NCBI GenBank assembly: GCA_963779755.1 | Contig: CAVZZO010000001.1 | Location: forward strand, 2,176,001 to 2,240,000 | Length of the DNA: 64,000 nucleotides | Reading direction: 5' to 3' | Origin: an uncultured Gemmatimonadales bacterium | GTDB taxonomy: Bacteria > Gemmatimonadota > Gemmatimonadetes > Gemmatimonadales > GWC2-71-9 | Part shown: in pieces, positions 57,634-64,000 of the stretch | Layout of the letters: the number at the start of each line of letters is the position of its first letter | Numbering within the stretch: the first letter of the stretch is position 1 | Notes under the pieces: generated by a model | The model's database searches: none | The model's input: the letters and a program-made list of their open reading frames with translations, nothing else | Told to the model about the DNA's origin: nothing | Position numbers and translations under genes: made by a program

Positions 57634-58059
57634 CTATCTAATGACAGACGATCCCGCCGTCCTCCTTCGCCAGCACGGTCTCCACGTTACTGCCCAGCGC
57701 CTCGCGGTGCTGCGCGCGGTGGCGGGGCAGCCGCACATCACCGCCGACGGCGTGGCGGAGATCGCCGGCTCCGAAATCGGTACCATCTCGCGTCAGGCGG
57801 TCTACGACGCCCTCGGCGCGCTGGTGGAGAAGGGGATTCTCCGGCGCATTCAGCCCACGGGGTCATCGGCCCGGTTCGAGACGAGGGTGGGCGATAACCA
57901 TCATCACCTGGTCTGCCGCGTCTGCGGGAACGTAGTGGACGTGGACTGCGCGGTCGGCTCGGCGCCCTGTCTCACCCCGGCCCAGGACGCGGGCTACGAC
58001 GTGGACGAGGCCGAGGTGGTGTACTGGGGCCGCTGCCCCAGGTGCCAGGCTTCTTCCTT

Positions 58060-60406
<2,347 letters not shown>

Positions 60407-60640
60407 CGGCAGGCGAATTCGGCGCTGCGGTGATGCCGGGTGGCGGGACCTCGCGTCCTGTCACCCGGATTTCACATGCAGGGCAACGAGGGCTGATGCC
60501 CGCTCCTGCAGCCGATTGCATGGCACGACTCATCGAAGCGCGGTGATGTGCGAGGCCGGATGGGCCAACCGGCGGGTGCAAGAAATGTCCTCCCGCCATA
60601 AGTCCCTTGCGCTGGCGGCCCTGGCGAAGCGCGGCAGAGG

Positions 60641-60655
60641 TGGCATGGCAAATGC
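60641..60655 (+). promoter_or_regulatory. Possible sigma54 promoter
   Basis: TGGCATGGCAAATGC (GG-N10-GC), about 50 nt upstream of the 60704 ATG. Confidence 0.4.
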
Positions 60656-60703
60656 CGCGATGGCTCGCGTCCAGTGCCGCCGGAAATTCCCAGAGCCGAA
60701 TTC

Positions 60704-61189
60704 ATGTCCGCATCGCCGCAACCGTCCTGGAACGATCCGCTGTCGCGGGAGGTTGATCAGCTGCTCGCGAGCCTCGGGAGCAGCGGGCCCCGGCGCGCCA
60801 GCCGGTCGGCTGTGCCCGGCGAAACGGAGCCGGCGGCGCCGATGGTCCGGCCCAGGCTGGCGCCGGTCGTCAGCTCGGCCGATGCGCCCGGCCCCTGGCC
60901 TGTGGCAGCGCTCTGGGCCCGGGTCTCGCTTGGCGCGGCACTGGGCGCCGGGATGCTGTTGTGGCCCTATACCCACCGCTGCGGCTGGCCGCTGGGCGGC
61001 TATCTCACGGCGGTGTTCATGGTCCTGCTGAGCGGAGCCTGGGTGGCGCTGGTGGCCTGGAAGGCGCGCCATGCCGTCGCGCACGTGCTCGCCCTCCTCC
61101 TGGTCTTCTGGGGCATAACGCTGGCGGCGGAGCAGATCCTGCCCCGCATCGGATATGCGGCGGTGCCGGCAAGCTGGCTCTGCCGCTAG
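60704..61189 (+). CDS. Hypothetical membrane protein
   Basis: Three C-terminal TM helices; WPY..CG and LPRIGYA motifs. Confidence 0.7.
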   Translation: MSASPQPSWNDPLSREVDQLLASLGSSGPRRASRSAVPGETEPAAPMVRPRLAPVVSSADAPGPWPVAALWARVSLGAALGAGMLLWPYTHRCGWPLGGYLTAVFMVLLSGAWVALVAWKARHAVAHVLALLLVFWGITLAAEQILPRIGYAAVPASWLCR

Positions 61190-61265
61190 CCCTTCTGCCT
61201 CTGCTCATGATGGCCTGCCTAGGTATCCCTGCCTGGTACCAATGAATGGCCCAGGTCCAATGGGG

Positions 61266-61429
61266 AACCGCAGATTACACAGATTTACGCAGACGTTGTT
61301 CCTCGCTCTGCATCCCTCCGCGATGGTTGCCCGCATACCTAAGGAATTTGATGGCGCTTGCGTGTTGGGGAACCGGCGTCGCTCCGGGAGCACCGCCGTC
61401 GATCGGGACAATCTGCGTAATCTGCGGTT
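61266..61429. repeat. MITE/REP-like element, same terminal repeats as 55206-55385
   Basis: AACCGCAGATTACACAGATT / AATCTGCGTAATCTGCGGTT; extra right arm at 61675-61694. Confidence 0.8.
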
Positions 61430-61829
61430 CCAGCACCGGACCTGAGTTCTCCCCCGGGTACAAGGCCAGCCGTCCGGGGACGGGCTCCTGGCGACCCTGA
61501 GCGGCGCCGCTCAGCACGAAGATCCGCCCCGATTTTGTCCCGTTGATCGCGCTCCAGGCAGACGCCTCGCTCTGCATCCCTCCGCGATGGTTGCCCGCAC
61601 ACCTGAAGAACTTGATGGCGCTTTCCGTGTTGGGGAACCGGCGTCGCTCCGGGAGCTTCGCCGCCGATCGGGGCAATCTGCGTAATCTGCGGTTCCAGCA
61701 CCGGACCTGAGTTCTCCCCCGGGTACAAGGCCAGCCGTCCAGGGACGGGCTCCTAGCGACCCTGAGCAGCGCCGCTCAGCACGAAGATCCGCCCCGATTT
61801 TGTCCCGTTGATCGCGCTCCAGGCCGACG
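61301..61829. repeat. Diverged tandem duplication, two ~265-bp units including the 3' end of the FG-GAP gene
   Basis: 61301-61564 versus 61565-61829; about 14 differences counted by eye. Confidence 0.92.
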
Positions 61830-63420
61830 TCACCAGGAGATCCGGTACGCCGTCGCCGTTCACGTCGCCCAGGCCGGTGGCGTCGAAGCCCAGGGTCTCG
61901 CCCGCGACCTGCCCGGTGATGCTGCGCAGGAGTGTGTGGTCTTTCCCCGAATACACGTAGACCTTCCCGCCCGAGGGGGCGGCCCCGGCGAACTGCCAGG
62001 CGCCGATCACCAGGTCGTCATAGCCGTCGCCGTTGATGTCGCCCAGATCGGCCGGCCCGATACCGAAACCGTCGCCCGCGTTCTCGCCGGTCAGGGTGAA
62101 CAGCGGCTGACCGGTGCGGCCGGAATAGACGTAGATCCTGCCGGTGCTGCGGCCCCGGGCCTGGTTGGGCCAGTCGGAGGCGTAGATGTCGGCGGTGCCG
62201 TCGTGGTTTACGTCGCCCACCACCGAGACGAACATCCCGCCCAGGCGGAAACCGGTGCTGTCGGATGCGATGGTGAACGCCGGCTGGTCGGTGAGGCCGC
62301 GATAGACGTAGGTGACGCCGGTATGCCGCGGGCCCGCCAGCGGGGCGCCGGCCACGATCCAGACGGTGCCGTGGCGGACCTGCCCGGCGCAGGCGGCGCC
62401 GAAGTTGTCGCCCGCCTGCTGACCGGTGAACACGTGCAGCAGGGAGCCGTCGTGCCCGCTGTAGAGGTAGACCCGTCCGGCGTCCTTCCCTCCTGCGTCG
62501 TTGAGCGGCGCGCCCACCAGCACATCGGCGTCGCCGTCGCCGTTCACGTCGCCCAGATCGGCCACATGCCGTCCGAAGGCGTCGCCGGAGTCCTCGGCCG
62601 TGAAAGAGAGAAGAGTGTGTCCGTCGCGCCCGGAATAGACCAGCGCCTTCCCGCCGCCGGGTGCGCCGGCAATGACATCGGGCACACCGTCGTGGTTGAC
62701 GTCGCCGGCGGCCTCGATCCCGGTGCCGAGCCCGTCGCCGGGCTCGCCGCTCCGGGTCCACAAGAGCCGCCCGGTACCGGTGGAGTAGGCGTACACCTTG
62801 CCGGCCGCGCCCGGGCCGCCGGGGGCGGAAGTGACCACGTCGTGAATGCCGTCGCCGTCCAGATCGCCCGCATCCCGCGCGATCCAGCCGAACTGGTCGC
62901 CCGGCGCCTCGCCGCGCCATTCGCGCAGGAGGGTGACCGGTTCCACAAACGGATGCGCGAATTCGTCCGCCGTGGGGAAGAGCCGTTGATAGCGCGGATC
63001 GTCCCGCAGGCTCGCCGCGTCGCTGTCTGCCCCGATCTGCGTGAGGTCGATGCGGCGGGTATCCTGGGCGCGGAAGAGGAGGGCGAAGGCCGAATCGCGG
63101 TTGCCCAGCAGGGCATACATGAGTCCGGCATTGTAGAGCGCGGTGGGCCTGGTGGATTCGAAGCGCGCCGCCGCCAGGTCGGCCGCCAGCGCGCCGGAGT
63201 AATCGTGCAGGTTGTAGCGGGCAACGGCGAGCAGGTTCCAGGCGCGGGCGTTCTCCGGCGCCTCATGAGTGATGCTGTCCAGCAGCGGAGCCGCGGCGGC
63301 GAAATCGCCCGACTGCACCAGCTGGAACGCCCGGTTCAGCGGGAGGACGGGGGCCTGGGCCGATGCCGGAGCCGTCCAGCAGAGCATTGGGATGGAAACC
63401 AGCAGGGACAGCGGCCGCAT
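61753..63420 (-). CDS. Secreted TPR + FG-GAP (integrin-alpha beta-propeller) repeat protein
   Basis: Signal peptide, TPR-like helices, repeated GDxNGDGxxD..VGAP and G.VY.YSG. Confidence 0.9.
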   Translation of the reverse strand: MRPLSLLVSIPMLCWTAPASAQAPVLPLNRAFQLVQSGDFAAAAPLLDSITHEAPENARAWNLLAVARYNLHDYSGALAADLAAARFESTRPTALYNAGLMYALLGNRDSAFALLFRAQDTRRIDLTQIGADSDAASLRDDPRYQRLFPTADEFAHPFVEPVTLLREWRGEAPGDQFGWIARDAGDLDGDGIHDVVTSAPGGPGAAGKVYAYSTGTGRLLWTRSGEPGDGLGTGIEAAGDVNHDGVPDVIAGAPGGGKALVYSGRDGHTLLSFTAEDSGDAFGRHVADLGDVNGDGDADVLVGAPLNDAGGKDAGRVYLYSGHDGSLLHVFTGQQAGDNFGAACAGQVRHGTVWIVAGAPLAGPRHTGVTYVYRGLTDQPAFTIASDSTGFRLGGMFVSVVGDVNHDGTADIYASDWPNQARGRSTGRIYVYSGRTGQPLFTLTGENAGDGFGIGPADLGDINGDGYDDLVIGAWQFAGAAPSGGKVYVYSGKDHTLLRSITGQVAGETLGFDATGLGDVNGDGVPDLLVTSAWSAINGTKSGRIFVLSGAAQGR

Positions 63421-63518
63421 CGGGGCTCCCGGGGTTGGGTCGCCGTCTCTACGCCGGGCCGGGAGGCGCGGTTTCGCTGAGGGGGGATCGGTCTGTGGCG
63501 CGGGAGCACGAATGGAGC

Positions 63519-63587
63519 GGGGACAAGGGACAAGGGACCGACTCCTGTCCCCTGTCCCCTGTCCCCTGTCCCCTGTGCCCTGTCCCA
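63519..63587. repeat. Inverted heptamer arrays (GGGACAA / CCTGTCC)
   Basis: gggacaa gggacaa gggacc ... cctgtcc x5. Confidence 0.88.
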
Positions 63588-63591
63588 GCCC

Positions 63592-64000
63592 CTACTCCTT
63601 CACAATCGAGAGCCCCAGCATGGCGGTACTGTCGGGGGGCGGCCCGTTGACGACGACGATGTCGTAGACATCGCCCGCCGCCACGGGGAAGCCGCCGGTG
63701 TCCAGGCGCAGCGTCAAGGTTCCGCGGTCAGTGAATCGCACCCGCCAGGTTCCGGGGTCGCGCTCGACGTAGCCCGGAAAGGTGTCGGAGAGCCCGGCAC
63801 CGAAATCAAAGGGGGTGATGAGCTGGGTGGCGCCGGCCAGGCCGGCCGTGTCCAGCGTGAGGTAGACATCGATCGGCGGGCCGTTGGGCGCCGCATGCAT
63901 GACACGGAACTTGACCTTGCCCGGGGCGGGGACCCGCCCGGTATCCGCGGCGAGGTAGAGATCGAGATTGCCGCTGAGGCCCGCCGCCACCAGCGTGTAT
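63592..64000 (-). CDS. DUF4397-domain protein, C-terminal part (truncated by window edge)
   Basis: KVKFRVMHAAPNGPPIDVYL motif, beta-rich. Confidence 0.75.
   Translation of the reverse strand, partial: YTLVAAGLSGNLDLYLAADTGRVPAPGKVKFRVMHAAPNGPPIDVYLTLDTAGLAGATQLITPFDFGAGLSDTFPGYVERDPGTWRVRFTDRGTLTLRLDTGGFPVAAGDVYDIVVVNGPPPDSTAMLGLSIVKE

Noticed and set aside
61301..61829. Diversity-generating retroelement TR/VR pair
   Set aside because: Differences are not confined to adenines on either strand, most lie outside the CDS, and no reverse transcriptase is present

Overview
A very GC-rich bacterial chromosomal window; gene content and intergenic style suggest Gemmatimonadota, which is an inference and not verifiable here. 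It holds about 60 CDS and one tRNA-Leu(CAA). Main blocks: (i) pgpH-like fragment-ybeY-two CNNM/CorC genes-mgtE-ABC1 kinase; (ii) glycosyltransferase/deacetylase/flippase trio with a sigma54 two-component system and its likely target gene; (iii) a B12-dependent acyl-CoA mutase operon (meaB, large subunit with isobutyryl-CoA-mutase-type residues, an aeRF1-like protein, B12-binding subunit, carboxyltransferase, TPP-II-like S8 lipoprotein, split AtuA, hydratase); (iv) RNase E/G with a long leader, rplU-rpmA; (v) a TetR-controlled aromatic-CoA cluster with a short BoxB-type epoxidase and Paa-like downstream enzymes; (vi) ECF sigma/anti-sigma/Spy-like genes and nfeD-floA; (vii) ppa, tRNA-Leu, furA-like-katG and FG-GAP/DUF4397 genes. 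The best candidate for something undescribed is a ~620-nt stretch (about 24955-25575) with no credible ORF and many nested helices, whose G-U pairs favour a + strand large structured RNA; it begins with a lone type I-E CRISPR-repeat-like hairpin. Many intergenic gaps also carry inverted arrays of 7-11-nt tandem repeats and REP/MITE-like elements, one of which appears to be translated as part of a protein N-terminus. All calls come from reading the sequence by eye; no database search or folding program was run.
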